DNA from: Lophium mytilinum
Taxonomy: Eukaryota
NCBI GenBank assembly: GCA_010093605.1
Contig: MU004183.1
Coordinates: 1,302,001-1,366,000 of the forward strand
DNA length: 64,000 nucleotides
Direction of reading: 5' to 3'
Of this stretch, positions 11,687 to 24,765 are shown piece by piece; within the stretch, counting starts at the first letter, position 1, and each line of letters opens with the position of its first letter. Below the pieces are notes generated by a model, which saw nothing but the letters and a program-made list of their open reading frames with translations, had not been told where the DNA came from and searched no databases. The translations under genes and the position numbers were made by a program.

Positions 11687-13403
11687 AAAGAAGCCCCGGA
11701 AGAGCCAAACAAACGGACGCAAAGCCAGCGTCAGCGTCACGAAGGGTGGCTCTGGAGCCCACTCGTAGACGCCGAAGCCGTCCATATTTCCCGCGTACGC
11801 GGGCTGGCAGAAGTACTGACTAAAGCAACAATCAGCACTACTCAAAGGCAGCTAGAAAGGGAGGAAAGACTTACCAAAGCGTGGATTCCACGATGTACCA
11901 CACAAGCAGGCCAAGAAGCAGCAGAACCAACCACTTCGGAGCTGGGTCGCGGAGGCCTCGTGGTGGTGCCAATTGGCGGCAGTTGTGGCATTTGCACCCT
12001 CTGCAGGTGCTTTCGTCGCTTTTTGCGACGCTGACGCTCTCCTCCAGACGCTGCATGCCCTTATTCGCGTCTTTTATCGACGAGCGCGTGGCAAAGAGGC
12101 GGGCGTTCATGTTGGAAAGTTGGCCCATTTCGTGGCCTCGCTGTGTGTTTTCGGTGGTTTTGGCGGTTTCAGGACCGAGAGAGGGGAGGATCTCGGTCGG
12201 AGATTCGACGGTTTCGTCGGCTTCGTCGCCAGGCTTTGCGACCATCTTCTCCAACGAGTTGATAGTCGAGTCGCTGTACGCTCTGTGGCGTTTTTCGTCG
12301 CTTTTTCCCGCATTTCTCGCATCAGCGACAATGCGTGCCAACGCGGAGGTGGGGAGGTTGCGTGGGCGGGGGGAGGTCGCGGGTAGTTCTTCGATCATTG
12401 ATGGGGACGTTTTCGGTGCAAGTAGGCGACTGAGGGCCCGCATCGTGTCCGTGGGATCTTCCTTTTGGACTGTCTCTGGAATCGAGACTTCAGTCTTCTC
12501 GATAACCTCCGTTTTCTGCTGCGGCACTGGGGTGTCTCTGACAGCCTCCACTCTCTTCTGCAGCACCGGGGTATTTGTGACGACCTCCACTTTCTTCTGC
12601 GGCACCGGGGTCTTCCTGACAGTCGCAGACCGTGGAGCGCCCATCTCCAAAATGCGACGTTTTAGAGACTCAGTCGCGATCTTGTCTGGTTCGGATGTAG
12701 GAGGTGAGGGGGTCCTCGGTCTTTCAGTGCCCATATACAAAATGCGTCGTTTCAGAGTCTCGGTCGCGATCTTGTCGGGTTGGGATGAGGGTGGTGAGGG
12801 GGTTCTTGGTCTTTCAGCCATGTGTGGAACAGCAGGAGTTCCAACGTCCAATTTGGAGGGCCAATCTTCCTCGATGTCTTCGATGTCATGATTCTCGTCG
12901 TGTTTTTCGTCCCATTGGCCATCCTGATCAGCGTTTGAAGCCATTCCGTCATCGTAATCCAGCGGGAAAACGTGCCCGAAAGGTACGTCTTCCTCAGGCT
13001 CAACTGGAGCCTCGTCCACCGGTGCCATGAAATCATCCACCTCGGGTATCCAGTTTTCCACATCCTGTGAGCCATTGAAGCCCGTCTGGGCAGGCTGGCG
13101 ACGCGACAGAATCTCCGAAGTCAAAGCCCCATATTTGCGCGCCTTTCGGAAAGGCTCGACTCTCTTCCCAGAAAGCAGCTCTCGCAGGCGTCTCTCGGCT
13201 CGCGCGTTCTGAATCATGAGGCGGCCGAAGTCGTCTTCCGCAGCCTCCAGCGAGCTGAGGCCAGACGACGCCACCGATACGGCGGGTGATCTGCGAGCAG
13301 CTGAGGTCCACAGGTCGGTCTCGGTGACCTCGGGTGAAGTCATCTGGGGTGGTGAAGGTCGGGAGTAGAGGTATGGCGGAGCGGGAAGACGGTAAGGAAG
13401 CAT
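11684..13403 (-). CDS. Conserved fungal hypothetical protein: disordered N-terminus, coiled coil, C-terminal TM segment; exons 13403-11875, 11819-11684
   Basis: Long ORF with coiled coil (MNARL...SIKDANKGMQRLEESV) and TM (WLVLLLLGLLVWYIVESTL). Intron 11874-11820 (GTAAGT...CTGAT...TAG) continues as CQYFCQPAYAGNMDGFGVYEWAPEPPFVTLTLALRPFVWLFRGFF*. Confidence 0.75.
12504..12815 (-). repeat. Coding internal duplications: 2 x 90 bp and 3 x 39 bp
   Basis: ERPRTPSPPSSQPDKIATETLKRRILYMGT / ERPRTPSPPTSEPDKIATESLKRRILEMGA (12815-12636). VRKTPVPQKKVEV / VTNTPVLQKRVEA / VRDTPVPQQKTEV (12620-12504). Confidence 0.9.
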
Positions 13404-13503
13404 GGTGTTTTCGGGAGGTTTTCGGTACGCAATCGATTGGGAGGGTGGAATTTGAGATGAGAAAAGCGAAGATTTGATAGCGCGGGTTGTGGTTGTGGAG
13501 AAC

Positions 13504-13536
13504 TGATGGCTGGCTGATGGCTGGCTGATGGCTGGC
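13504..13536. repeat. 11-bp tandem repeat (TGATGGCTGGC)x3 in the probable 5' leader
   Basis: Exact copies at 13504, 13515 and 13526. Confidence 0.85.
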
Positions 13537-15274
13537 AAGAGAGTTTGTGAGGAGATGAAGGACGACGCGTCGCGGGGAGCTGATGAACTGGCGTCCTGGC
13601 TCGTGCGTCGTTCGGCGCTTCGACCCGCAGCGATGGTGCGGCATGGCGGGACGGGTAGGGCTGCAGATAGCCCCGCAGTGAATTGCAGATCCTAAAGCTA
13701 AGAATCTCAGGGTGTGCGCGCTAGGGGCCCGGCGCTGTGGATCTGGGGAGGATGAGGGAAGTCGCGATGGGCGCCTTCACCACCTCAGCGGGCCTGCACA
13801 CTGTCAGATCGGTGAATATGCTGCAACGACGCGTACTTTACTCACTCTTTTACCATACAAGCTAATGCAATCATTGAGATGTCATTATCTTCGTAGTTGC
13901 TGGATCCTGGGAGGGTGTTGGTGTGGTGTTGTGGTGTGGCAGGCCTGGTGGAGGCCGTTGAGCAGATCGCTTTGCCCCTCTCTCTCAATGAGAAGTGAGA
14001 TGAAGAAGGAAGAGAGGAAAAGGGAACGCGTTTCAGAGGAGTCTATGTACGTAGGGTAGATACGACATGTGATTACGACGTCTTCACCGCTCGCCCACGG
14101 GTCCATAAGTCAGCAGCCAATGAGAACTAGCAGTCAGGGCAATGCTCTTGTCATGAGTCCGTGTCCACTTGTTCTCTGCGTCTGACGTGCTGTTACATTC
14201 TTCTGAAACCTGAAGGAAACGTGAAAAGGTAGTATAAGTCATGTGACCGAAGTGGCTGTCAGTCACGGTGCCAGTACGAAGTACACTATTCTAGCACGAG
14301 GTAGTATAGGCTTGTTTGTTGCCGTCTTCCGTGCTTGAATATGCTTTCGGGGTTCTGGAAAAGATGTGAATTTGCCCTTTCTGTCGTTTTAGTACCTCGC
14401 TGGACTAACTCAGACGCCAGATACTACGACATCTCCATTTCAGGGCCAAAAGTATCGTTATACTGATCAAGTTTAGAGATATCATTAATCAAGTCAAGTA
14501 GTAAACATATGATCAAAGAGCTGGAGCACGGCGTCTCGCACCGACAGGCCTCGTCATCATATCCATAATTCTTCAAATTTCCACGGTTCTCCTTCTCTAC
14601 CACAACTTTCCTCCTCTAGACCCCCAATCTACCACGGAACCACCCAGCTGCTGACGTGTCCCCTTCTGCGAAACCTACATAAGCCCGCCCTCCCCCCGTC
14701 CCTCTTCTCTTCCTCGCCTTCGGGCACACCCTCCTTCCAATTTCCTAAAATCAAGATCTTATTGCATGTATCGCCATATACTTTGTATATGCAGAGCACA
14801 AACCCGGCTCTTGTAGACTATGCTATCTAGACCCTTCCCCCGCTATGTATTACCCACTTTTGTCACTCCTTGGGGGCAGCGGTTCAAACCCGACAGATAC
14901 TTAGTAGGAGTCGATGCGCAAATGGATAAGCTTCTTGTGGATTTGGTTTGGCTATATAGGAGGTTTTTGACCCGAGAAGGGTTTTCCTCGCAATCATATA
15001 TTTTTCTGATCTACAGTTGATTTTTGCTATGATTTTGTGATGAGAACAGGTGGCCTGAGTGGTGTCGTGTTCGAGACTGGCATAGACGTTCGTGCTTCCA
15101 AGCTGATCTCGCTACTCTCAATACCTGTGTGCAAACGTTTCTGTTACATCTCGCAGTGATCTCATGCTTGTTCGGACATCTAGAGCAAGTATAAAGATGG
15201 CGTTGTGTCTAATTCTATCAATAAAGTCCATCAACATCACCCTAGTATTGCAGACGTGCAATATGGACTTCCCT

Positions 15275-16599
15275 TCAGGTCCTCAAGAAGGCCTTCACAG
15301 CTGAACCCCAGACGACCCCTCTCTTATAAACCGCCATCCCCGGCACACTCCCGCTGCTCAACCCATCTATCGCATCGGCCAGCGCCTCTCCATTGCCCTC
15401 TTCCTTCACCGCTCTGATAGGATACTGATACGTGCGGAAGGCAAACACCAGCGCCTTGCTCTCCGGCAGTCGATGTAGCGTCTGGCGCTCACACCTGAGC
15501 ATCGTCTTATCAATATCCACCACCTCCTCCACTGCTTCTTCGCCTTCATAAAGATGGTTGCCACCTAGGCTAAACAGCCTGGTGTTGGTCGTGATGCTCC
15601 AATTGGTGCGGAGCACGATTTTCCCCGTAGGTAGAGTGGCGAAGAAGCGGTCCATCGACTTCTCGATCTTGACACCATACCCAGGCACCGGTGCGTGTAT
15701 GTCGGCAAGCGTGAGATTGAGCTTCTGGGGCGTGTTGAAGCCGGAGGGAAAGCATGTGATAAAGCCCTCGAGTCTGTATTTCCCCTCGTCGGCCGGAGAC
15801 TCGGACGGGAGAAGGAAGAGGAAGTCGGTATCAATGTGCTCGCCCAGGACGCGAAGGGATGAGATCGCGTCTTCTGTATATACGGGAATGGTGTCGGACG
15901 TGACGCGGTTGACGCATTGCGCGTCCTGCCCTGGACCTGAGGCTGGGATGAGTTTGAACATGGAGCTGTACCGGCTCGGGAGATATGTCCCGAACATCCA
16001 GGCGTGGAACTCTTTGACGGCCGGTACGATTCTTGGATTTGCGGCCACAACGTCATTTGGATGGTCGTTGATGAGTTGGCGACGGAGGTTGATGCGATCA
16101 ACATAGGTCTTGTCTTTTGCAACGAGCTCTGACATCGTAGTATTCTGGAGCGCTGTATGAAGTCAGATAAGACGCGGGGGGGCTGCCGTGAGGTCTTACC
16201 CATCGTTAAGTGGTATCTTGGTTTGAAGGGTCGTATCTGGAGTGGCTCCGTAGTTTGCCACTTAAAGTCCGACAACGGCTCAATCTTATTGTACACATCA
16301 TCGGTTGGCGCTTGGTGGCTTTTCGAAGCATGACGATGCAATCGTGTCTAGAAAGTTTATCAGACATTGGTCTTTGAGGTTCGACCTCGGGTAACTTTGT
16401 ATAAAGGCGAAGACATTAGTCACTCTCTAGTAGGAGCGACTTCTGCATGAGAAAGAACCGTTCGTGACTGCAGAATAGCTTGAAGCACAACCTTTTCGTA
16501 TTTTCTTGTCACCAGTGCCTTGACCCCCAACCATGCTACGAGTACAATGAGAACGATCCAAACTGGCATACCGAAAGTAGGGTTGCTCATTATGTCCAT
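15275..16599 (-). CDS. DUF3445 / heme-dependent oxidative N-demethylase alpha-subunit-like (HRQ family) protein with N-terminal TM anchor
   Basis: Motifs RPFKPRYHLTM|ALQN (intron GTAAGA...CTGAC...CAG), CFPSGF, IHAPVPGY, RTNWSI and RCERQTLHRLP. Hydrophobic first exon (MDIMSNPTFGMPVWIVLIVLVAWLG). Splicing between 16490 and 16350 was not resolved. Confidence 0.8.
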
Positions 16600-16952
16600 G
16601 TCTAAATCAATTAACAGCGAAGAACGCGCCAGACAAGGACGAAGCTGATCTTGCGGAACAAAGTGTGGGACACCTGATGAAGTCTTGATAGAACAATGAC
16701 TGAACGCTTTAAGTCTTATAGGATACGCCCTCGCCGCAAAAAGTTTCCTATTTAGGTTAAGCGCCAGATATGAAGTATGCCATGCAGTGCGGAGTGCGAC
16801 GTACGCAGTGGAAAGACTGAAAATAAACCATATGAATGGAAGCCGTGATAAACGATAAAAGACAGGCCGAAAACCTTCATAACAGTTTGGAGAAGCGAAA
16901 CCTAATTTCAGATCACGCCCAAAATCACGGTTTATATCAGAGGTCCAGTCGG

Positions 16953-17625
16953 CTAGTACGGCATGAGAGCCGCACCTCTCTTCCTTCGTTGCCGATCTGA
17001 TATCTGCACTGCTCCGAGGAAGTCGAACAAAGTGCATAGCTTGGCATCTAGCGCTGTTCTAGGGCTGACGGAGTCTCTCGATGTGAATTGTAGAGAACGA
17101 AGATCAGTCGGGAGATTGTAGCTTCTCAAAATGCGATCCAGTGTTGTGGGATCAATGCACTTGACCTCTTCAAGTGTCCTCGGCACTTTGAAGTCCTGTG
17201 GGAATCTTCCATCTGAACACATTTTTGGCTGCAATTGCCCGTATTTCGCCGCCCATGTGGTCTGTCCGTTGACGAACTGAACTAAGAGATTTGTTCTTGA
17301 GGAAGCGAGAAATTAGGAACTGTGTACTGTCTACGGAATCGGAAGATGCCTACCTTCGAACGAGGTCGTCCACATTCGGCGGACTACAGCCCATCATCAT
17401 CTCCGGGTCAAGTCCAGGCGGAGGTGGCATTCTCTGCGACGGGCCATTCGCGAATGGCCCTCCTATCGCACCAAAGTAGTCGGGCCCGTCCATACCCATG
17501 CGACAAGAATCAAAAGAAGCATTCATGACGCGTGGGTTTCTAGGGTCCATGTCGAACGGTGAAGTAGGCAAGGAGCGATGGTAGTCGTCGTGTGGCATGG
17601 GTGGACGTAGAGTATGGGCGGCCAT
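16953..17625 (-). CDS. Hypothetical protein: Pro/Met-rich N-terminus and small helical C-terminal domain; two exons
   Basis: ATG ORF 17625-17353 spliced (GTAGGC...CTAAT...AAG at 17296) into RTNLLVQFVNGQTTWAAKYGQLQPKMCSDGRFPQDF...LDRILRSYNLP...KLCTLFDFLG. Confidence 0.7.
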
Positions 17626-18699
17626 GATGAGAGTGAGATTGTATCTAACTCGAAATTCCTATATTCGAAAGTAGTAGCAGTTTGAGTGAAATTGAATATC
17701 CCTGTCAGCCTGCGAACAGCAATTCTCGAGGCCTTATATGTTGAGATAGGAGGCAAACAGCAACATGGCTAGCCGCAGGCTTGTACATGAGTAAGCATCT
17801 ATTCCTGTTAACGAGCCTAGGGGTCAATGGAATGCAACAGATCAAAGCGAGTACGCCGTGTGTATAAATAGGATGAAACGGGGCCAGATATCTTGCAAGA
17901 TGACGATACGACGTTCACTGCTCCGGCAATATGGTGTGATTCCACAATCGGAGATCGGTCAATGAACTGATGTCATGAAGTGTATTACATGGCCCATGGG
18001 TCAATGGTCGATGATGCCATTTCTAAGGGCGAGCGGTGACAAGTGAGGCATCTGGGTAACGCTAGGGTGATTGGACCTCCGTAAATGAGCAAACAAGTCG
18101 CCTCATATCATGGCGCAAGCAAACAGAAGGACACGGCTAGGCCTAACACATCGATTGAAGGTGCAACATAGACGCCCAATAAGCTCAACAAACCCGCTCG
18201 TGGTTCCCTGTAATGTTTAGAGGATCTATGAAGCTCGTCTGCAATCCAATGCTAGCTCGCCGCTCAAGAGACGGAATGAAGGAAACCCAGTCCTTATATG
18301 AATGCCGATATGATAGTGAGCAGCCGTGTCTAGCAGAGCAGGCCAAGTAACGAATACGAGGGATATGCTAGAAGTTTCCACACTTCGCTGGCTTTGTACA
18401 TGTCGACGTTATCGGCGGAGAGGCTGTTCAGTGGCAGGATGGCAGTACCGAGTGCCATGAACGGAAGTTGGTAGTGCGCCCGGACGAAGGCGTCAAGATG
18501 AATAATAGCAAACTTGTGTATGTTGCGAAGCTCAGCGGCTCGCGCTACAAGGTTGCTAACCGTTGTTGCCGGTTTGCACACATGAGGTGCCCGCTCCGAG
18601 TAGCTTTTAGTATTGAGGTGCACTTCTCCAAGAAAGACGGCGAGGATTTCCGCACAAGATTGGTAGCAGATGCAAGGGATTGAATCAAAGACGTCTGTT

Positions 18700-19151
18700 T
18701 CAGGTACTTGAAGAGCTGTCTTCGTACTCCTCGTGTAGTTGGCGGAGCTTTACATCCGACAGATCCGGGCGGTTTGTACCACTAAATGAAGCTGGAGAGT
18801 TATTGCCGCGAGACGAAGGCCTCCCAATGCTGAAGCTTCGACGGTGGCCATTCGGTCTCGCAACGAGGCTTGGAGCTCTGGGACGTGCCTTTCCACGCGC
18901 TCGTCCGCCAACCACAGGTATCTCGTAAGCTAATGCGCGCCAGATGTAGAGGAAGACGTCGTAGATAAGGAGGGCGGCCCATGGCCCGATGGTCAGGATG
19001 GCGAGGAATAGCTAGGAAAGCAAAGCGTCAGCAATCTTGCTCACTTGCAATCTATTCGGGATTTCAAGCTCGGTTGGAAGCTCACGAATATGCGGGTTGT
19101 CCATGTTTCGAAAGCACTGAGATTGTCGGGGAGAATTGAAAAGAGCGCCAT
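18700..19151 (-). CDS. Small conserved fungal membrane protein (~125 aa); exons 19151-19086, 19011-18700
   Basis: MALFSILPDNLSAFETWTTRIF|LFLAILTIGPWAALLIYDVFLYIWRALAYEIPVVGGRARGKARPRAPSL. Intron is GTGAGC...GCTGAC...TAG and keeps the frame. Confidence 0.8.
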
Positions 19152-20107
19152 GGCACGAGAGCACGGTTGGGAGAGGGTCTTGATCCACTCGAGGGACGTC
19201 AGTAGAATCGATTGAACGTTCAGATATAGATGCTGGGGGACCTGTGGGCAGCAACGGATGGGGAGAGGCCTGTGTTGTTGAGGCTAAAGCTGCTAGGGGC
19301 CTCGGGAGAAGCCCCACCAGAAAGCGGCGCTTTACTCCGCCAGAAACGCGTCACGTCTCCTGATGCCGCGTCTCCATCACTTGAAGTATAAGAAACATCT
19401 TTGTACGCAACTGCTGCCGGACTGAAATAGAATATGCCGAAGTAGAGTCCCATCTTCCTTATGTTCCGGGTAAAGCGACCCCACCCCAGGCTCGTGACTC
19501 CCACAGCGTTCCATGGTTGAGGCTGGGTACCCAGCATAGATAACGTACAGTATTGGCCGAATAGGAAGTGTTCTAACGATGGAATGTACGTGAGACTCTA
19601 TCCTTAGGACAGGCCTTCTGTCCAGTCGCAGTCTGTAGATGCATGCCGGTCTCGTGGCCTCGTCTGCAGCCCGCACTCGCCGCCCCGCTCACCTGTCACC
19701 ACTTGACGCTGGACAGCAGTCTGGAATTGCCCAAGAGCTGGCGACGGAGTCATTGCTGAATCTTTCCCTTCTGTGACGGGGAGTAGCTGCAGAGTCAGAA
19801 GGCGAAGCTTCTTCGACCGCTACTTGCGCTGGTTGATTGATCTGTTCTCACCATCCTGTCACTGCAGCCTAATCTAGCAGAGCGAAGTATTCAGCTCTGC
19901 CTTGCTGTCCTTGCTGTCTACGCATTCTGACAGCCTGGAGCCTCTCAACACAGCCTGGTGGAGTATTACGACTCAGCGTCTACCTCAATTCCCTTGACCT
20001 CTCACTTCACTTCTCTGAGCCCGAGACTCCTCTTGTTGCATCTTGAACAGCTTGAGCGAGACGTCGCGACCACCCCGCCCCCACCACGGCTGCACAGCTT
20101 CTCAAAC

Positions 20108-21243
20108 ATGGCCAATTTGGATTTCCTCACTCTGTTCCCGGCGGGCAATGCGTCCCTAAGTGTCGTTGCATCAGACGGAGCCATAACCATCCAAAACCTC
20201 CACACTCCCACCATTGGCCGCCGGTGTCCACTCCTAGAGCTATCCTTTGAGCAAGGCGCCTCTGGGATCCCACGAGCGAGCATCGAAGCAGCATCCCTGG
20301 ATCTCGTCGTCAACTTTCTCCGCTTCTGCTACACTGGAGACTATCTCTCCTACGATGACATGGGCGCTCTGCCTTTCTCATTACTCATGCATGCCCAGCT
20401 CTGTCGCATGGCAGAGATATTCGAAGTACCGGAACTCCAAGCGTTAGCACACACCAATGTCATCCGAGAAACCGAACTCGCTTGTAGCCTTCCGTCGCCG
20501 CCACTTGATCTTTGCCTGGCCATTCGCTTCATATACGAGCATCTAGCGGAACAGAGACCGCTTATCGACACCATTCTCCATTACTGTGTCTACTGCTTCT
20601 TACAGCACAAGCTCGGGACAGATGACTCGTTCCGACAAGTCGCCTTCGAGCTGCGACCATTCCACCAGGATCTCTGTCGTACCAGTTTCAAGCGGGGTTT
20701 CCAAGATGACGGTGAGCTGTTCTGATATTTGCATCTCACAAGATTACGGGCACTAATAGGAGCATAGGAGCCATTGATATCGTTCGTCTACCTGTCCAAG
20801 AATCAACACCGCACTCGATGCAGGATCTCGGCAAGCTCGCTCTCGGAGACTTCCTCTATGGACTCTGGTCCGGCGACGTTTCCGACCTTCCTAAGGAGAT
20901 TTGCGAGCAGGACCATGGCACAGTTCTCCCAGAAAAGGAACATACTTTAGTGTACAGACCAAAGGTGGCGGATGCAAGACGAGTTGGAACATTCGAAGAC
21001 GATATCTATGGCTATACGCTAGTCCACCTCCCGAAACACGCTTCGGAAAGCGAGCCCTCCCATCTCATGCTCAACGCACAGCCCGAGGATCCTTTCGGCA
21101 ATCCTCAACACCCCCAACTTCCTTCGATCAATATACAGAGCCAAGCGAATAGCAAGAATGAGGAGAAGTTGGACGACTGGACTATTACATCTCCAACCAA
21201 CGACGAGACCTCAGGCTCAGACTCGGAGTGGGCTTTTGTGTAA
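20108..21243 (+). CDS. Divergent BTB/POZ-like domain protein; exons 20108-20711, 20768-21243
   Basis: FLRFCYTGDY and HAQLCRMAEIFEVPELQALA match the fungal BTB pattern (xLxYLYTGDY...HxxVYxxAxKYxIxxL). Intron GTGAGC...CTAAT...TAG is in frame with ORF 20818-21243. Confidence 0.7.
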
Positions 21244-22225
21244 GGAGAGTGGCAGTGTTTTCCATGTTTTTGAGGCCGTGGTGCATGCCTTCTAAAAATG
21301 AATCATCTCTGGAGAGCGTTCAAATCGCTCAGATGTGCTAATAGGTCAGTCAGGCTCAAAGAAAAATAATAATAAGCAGGTTGACAATTAGTGATAGGGA
21401 TAGCTTGATATCTGTAATGATGTCAACCCCTTTCGTGGTAGATAACGCCGAGATGGCCAAGCGAGTTTACAGCATGTTTAATTAATCGACATAAAAATAT
21501 TCAAGTCCTTGGGAGAGTTGGAAGGCACTCCTGCATGTGAGAGTAAAGGTTACACGAGCGGTTTGAACGGCTACGAGATTTACATATGCCTGGTGGACAC
21601 TACCACGCTGGGACTTAGTCTCCGCTAGTCAACTCCCTACGCGTAATCGTTCTGCCTTACCGAACTCACAAGCAACTCCTCTCTTTGAGTATCTACACTC
21701 TGAGTTTTGCTCTCGCCGACCAACCACTAAGCAACCACTGAGTTTTGTTACGAAGTGAGTTTGCTAACTCCCTCACTATATTATTGGCTGTTAGAAGGCG
21801 ACGCTCACTGCTCCATGGTTTGAAACGTGAGATTAGAGGAATTCCTTCGAAAGCTGCTTTCCGGAACTCAATCTAGTGGATCTTTTCCGAAGGGTGTGCA
21901 AATATGGAGCGTGAGAGAAATTGGTTCGACAGGAAAGCTAAACTGAATACTCGGATAGAGGAAGGAATCGAAATAAGTTATTTGGATCAGACTTGCTAGC
22001 CAACCTCAAGCGCCTTACTTCTCGGTGTTCTGCAATGATCGTGAAACTAGATGTTATAAAGATGGTAGGTATACAGGTATAGTGAATGAGCAAGGAGAAG
22101 TGCCAAGCCACTAGCTCAAGTAGCGGGCCAAAACTCTAGCCAGCTTCCGACGAGAGGAACCTTACGCCCGACGAGCTCTCCCAGGTACCAGCAGCTCTGC
22201 ACATCACCACAAGCCAAACCACACA

Positions 22226-22715
22226 ATGCTCGCACAATCACTCAGGGCCTCGGTAAGCCTCAATTGACTGCACCAGTCCGACGCCATCTAACCATGCCTC
22301 GTAGCGCCAATCGCTCGTCCGCGTTGCCCGGCAGCAGGGTGCCGCCGTCTCGCGTCGAACCTTCATCACGCCCACGGCCGTCCGATCAGGTACTTCCCAT
22401 TTGGCAAAGCTGATTGCAACCTCAATTGCTAACGAGCGCCTCCCAGCCGATCTGGTCCAGGACTTGTACCTCCGCGAACTGAAGGCCTACAAGCCGACGC
22501 CCGTCAAGGCCTCGGATGCCGAGGGCCACGTCCAGAAGTTCGCCATGCCCAAGGCGCCGCCGTCCCCGGAGGAGAGCGACATCGCGGGCGACCTGAAGTC
22601 GTACGAGACGCAGACGGTGGAGATTGAGGGCTCGGCGGAGAGCGGCGCTGCGCCGGTGGAGGAGGACTGGTTCGAGACGGAGGAGGAGGAGGATGCGGCG
22701 GCTGCTGCTCACTAG
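22226..22715 (+). CDS. ATP14: Mitochondrial ATP synthase subunit h; exons 22226-22252, 22305-22389, 22447-22715
   Basis: Presequence MLAQSLRAS|RQSLVRVARQ...RRTFITPTAVRS|A, then DLVQDLYLRELKAYKPTPVKASDAEGHVQKF and an acidic tail ending EEDWFE. Confidence 0.93.
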
Positions 22716-24765
22716 ATCTTGTGAGAGCGGGCTGGGTGGCACATTGGCTGGAGCGATTGTAAAACAGCATACGTTGAATGTGACTATATCAATCTGGGAT
22801 TGAGATTTGGCTGGAGATGCTGCTGAGTGAGTGACTTGCGTCATGTGCTATTGGCTAGGGAGGAGACGGCCCAATGGCTTTCTCTTGTGATCTGTTCTTG
22901 CATTGTCTACTAACAGTTGGTCGGAGGTTGGCTGTTCCTGTTGCTTCTTGTCAACAATCTGGGTACTATCCACCAAAGGTTCGTTTAGGTCTTAGAGAGG
23001 TTGTAAGAAACTCCAGTCTCTTGCTATAAATTTTGATACACTGAATCTCCACTGCTAGAGATGCTCAGCCTGCTTGGTAAAGTATCAGAATACGTAATTT
23101 TGGCTCTTCTTCTAAGTGATAGGATTCGGCTGCGTGGGCAATTCAAAATATGATCAGAGTCGTCGAGAGGCTAAAGTTACGTATTGTTTACAGTTGGGTA
23201 GAGTAGCGGATGACTTCAGCTAGTGGTGAAAAGGTATATACAGGCTACCGATCAAGGTGCTACTATTGTGATACCAATCTGTCAATCTCCACCTATCTCA
23301 ACAACAAATACCCAGCTACAATACCGCTGTGACCGGTCTAGGTCCGGTCCCACCGTGAATCCCACTCCGTAGCTAGCTTGACCAATACACAATCTACCCA
23401 CCGTCCTCTAAGGTTTCCTCGAGTTGCCAAGAGATGCCGACTTTCTCTGGTTGAGAAGGTGCATCATTTTGTCACTAGGAGGGCTGGCCAGATTTGAAGG
23501 CGGATACGCGGCGGAGACTCAAAGTCGAAAATGCGGCTTGTACGGATAAAAATACATTCTCAGGTAAGCGTTTGAACTCTACCTGGCTCAACGACGGCCA
23601 GTCGGAGCTCGGGCGGGCCGTTATATCGGGGCGTCTTGCAGAAAGGCATTCAGCCTTTGGTGTTTCAGAAGCATCGAGTTCCTTGATTGGCGAGATACAT
23701 GCAGCTCAAACACTAGCGGCCAGCGACGGAGGGTCGGCTCTGCGAGTGGATATGGGAACCCTACTCGCAGTGGTAGGCATGATGCGTGTTGGAAGCGATA
23801 GCAGAGAAGCATCAATCAAACAACACCACCACATCTTGGTGCATCCACAGCTACGGGCGCAGAGGAGGCTGGGATCGAGAACAAGAGACAGCGTCGTCAT
23901 GGTCAGCACACAGCGTGGTCGACCAGCATGGCGGTGCATCCTGTGGAACCGCGGTGGTTGTAGTGCTCGAGTCGAAAGTCGGTATGGAGGTCGCAATCTC
24001 GATATAAAAACTAGCGGGGGGCCGCGGTCAGCCTTCCTCGACGCATGACTGGCCAAAGACCCGTGGAACCGGAGGGTGAATGCAGCAGGCGTGGCAACAA
24101 CGATGGCTAGCGGCGGGGGGGCAATTGATGATGCTTGATAGAGTCGGGTACGCCTACTGTGCCTAGAAACTGCTCTGTAGCTACATATCACTGCCTGTAG
24201 GTGCCGCACTTGTTGGAGTTGAGCTTCGCACTGCCCAGCAATGATCGCCGTCGCCTCTTCGTCCTGCAGCCGCCGCCGCCTCTTTCCTCCAAAAGTGCCA
24301 AAAATAGTGCCCACGCCCGCCCGTGACCCCTGCGGATCCCTGTGAGATTCAACTTCGTCCCGCGCGCTGCGACAAGACAACCCTCGCACCCTCGCTCCCT
24401 GTTCCAGCCTGAGCCCGTCCCAGGCAATCTGCCGAAGTCATCCACTGCTGCCAGCGCCCACGCCTGAAGCCTGCCTGCCTGCACCGAGATACACCTGTCG
24501 TTACCATTGCTGCTCCACCGCAGCCTCGAAAACCGGCATTCAGCTCGCCCTAAGCCCTCTCCTATAACCCAATACGCAATACTTTCGCTTACATCCATTA
24601 ACTCGGCGACGCTGCTGTGGCTCCACCTCTGGGACAGCCTCCTCGACCGCAGTCTGACCTGAGACCCCTTCGTTTGTCGAGAAACATGACCCCTCGGAGC
24701 TAGACGGCACCTGACGAAGCTCCTCCTACGCATGGAGGAGGGCCTCCCGCACTCTCTCGCTCACA

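Noticed and set aside
11881..12891. 336-aa plus-strand ORF
   Set aside because: Antisense shadow of the 13403-11684 gene.
15037..15106. Box C/D snoRNA-like motifs (GTGATGA ... CTGA)
   Set aside because: No terminal stem and no guide that I could match convincingly to rRNA; would need snoscan/Infernal.
23494..24733. Overlapping 180-230 aa ORFs on both strands upstream of DUF1765
   Set aside because: Non-ATG starts, Arg/Ser-rich random-like translations and no splice logic; probably promoter/5' leader.
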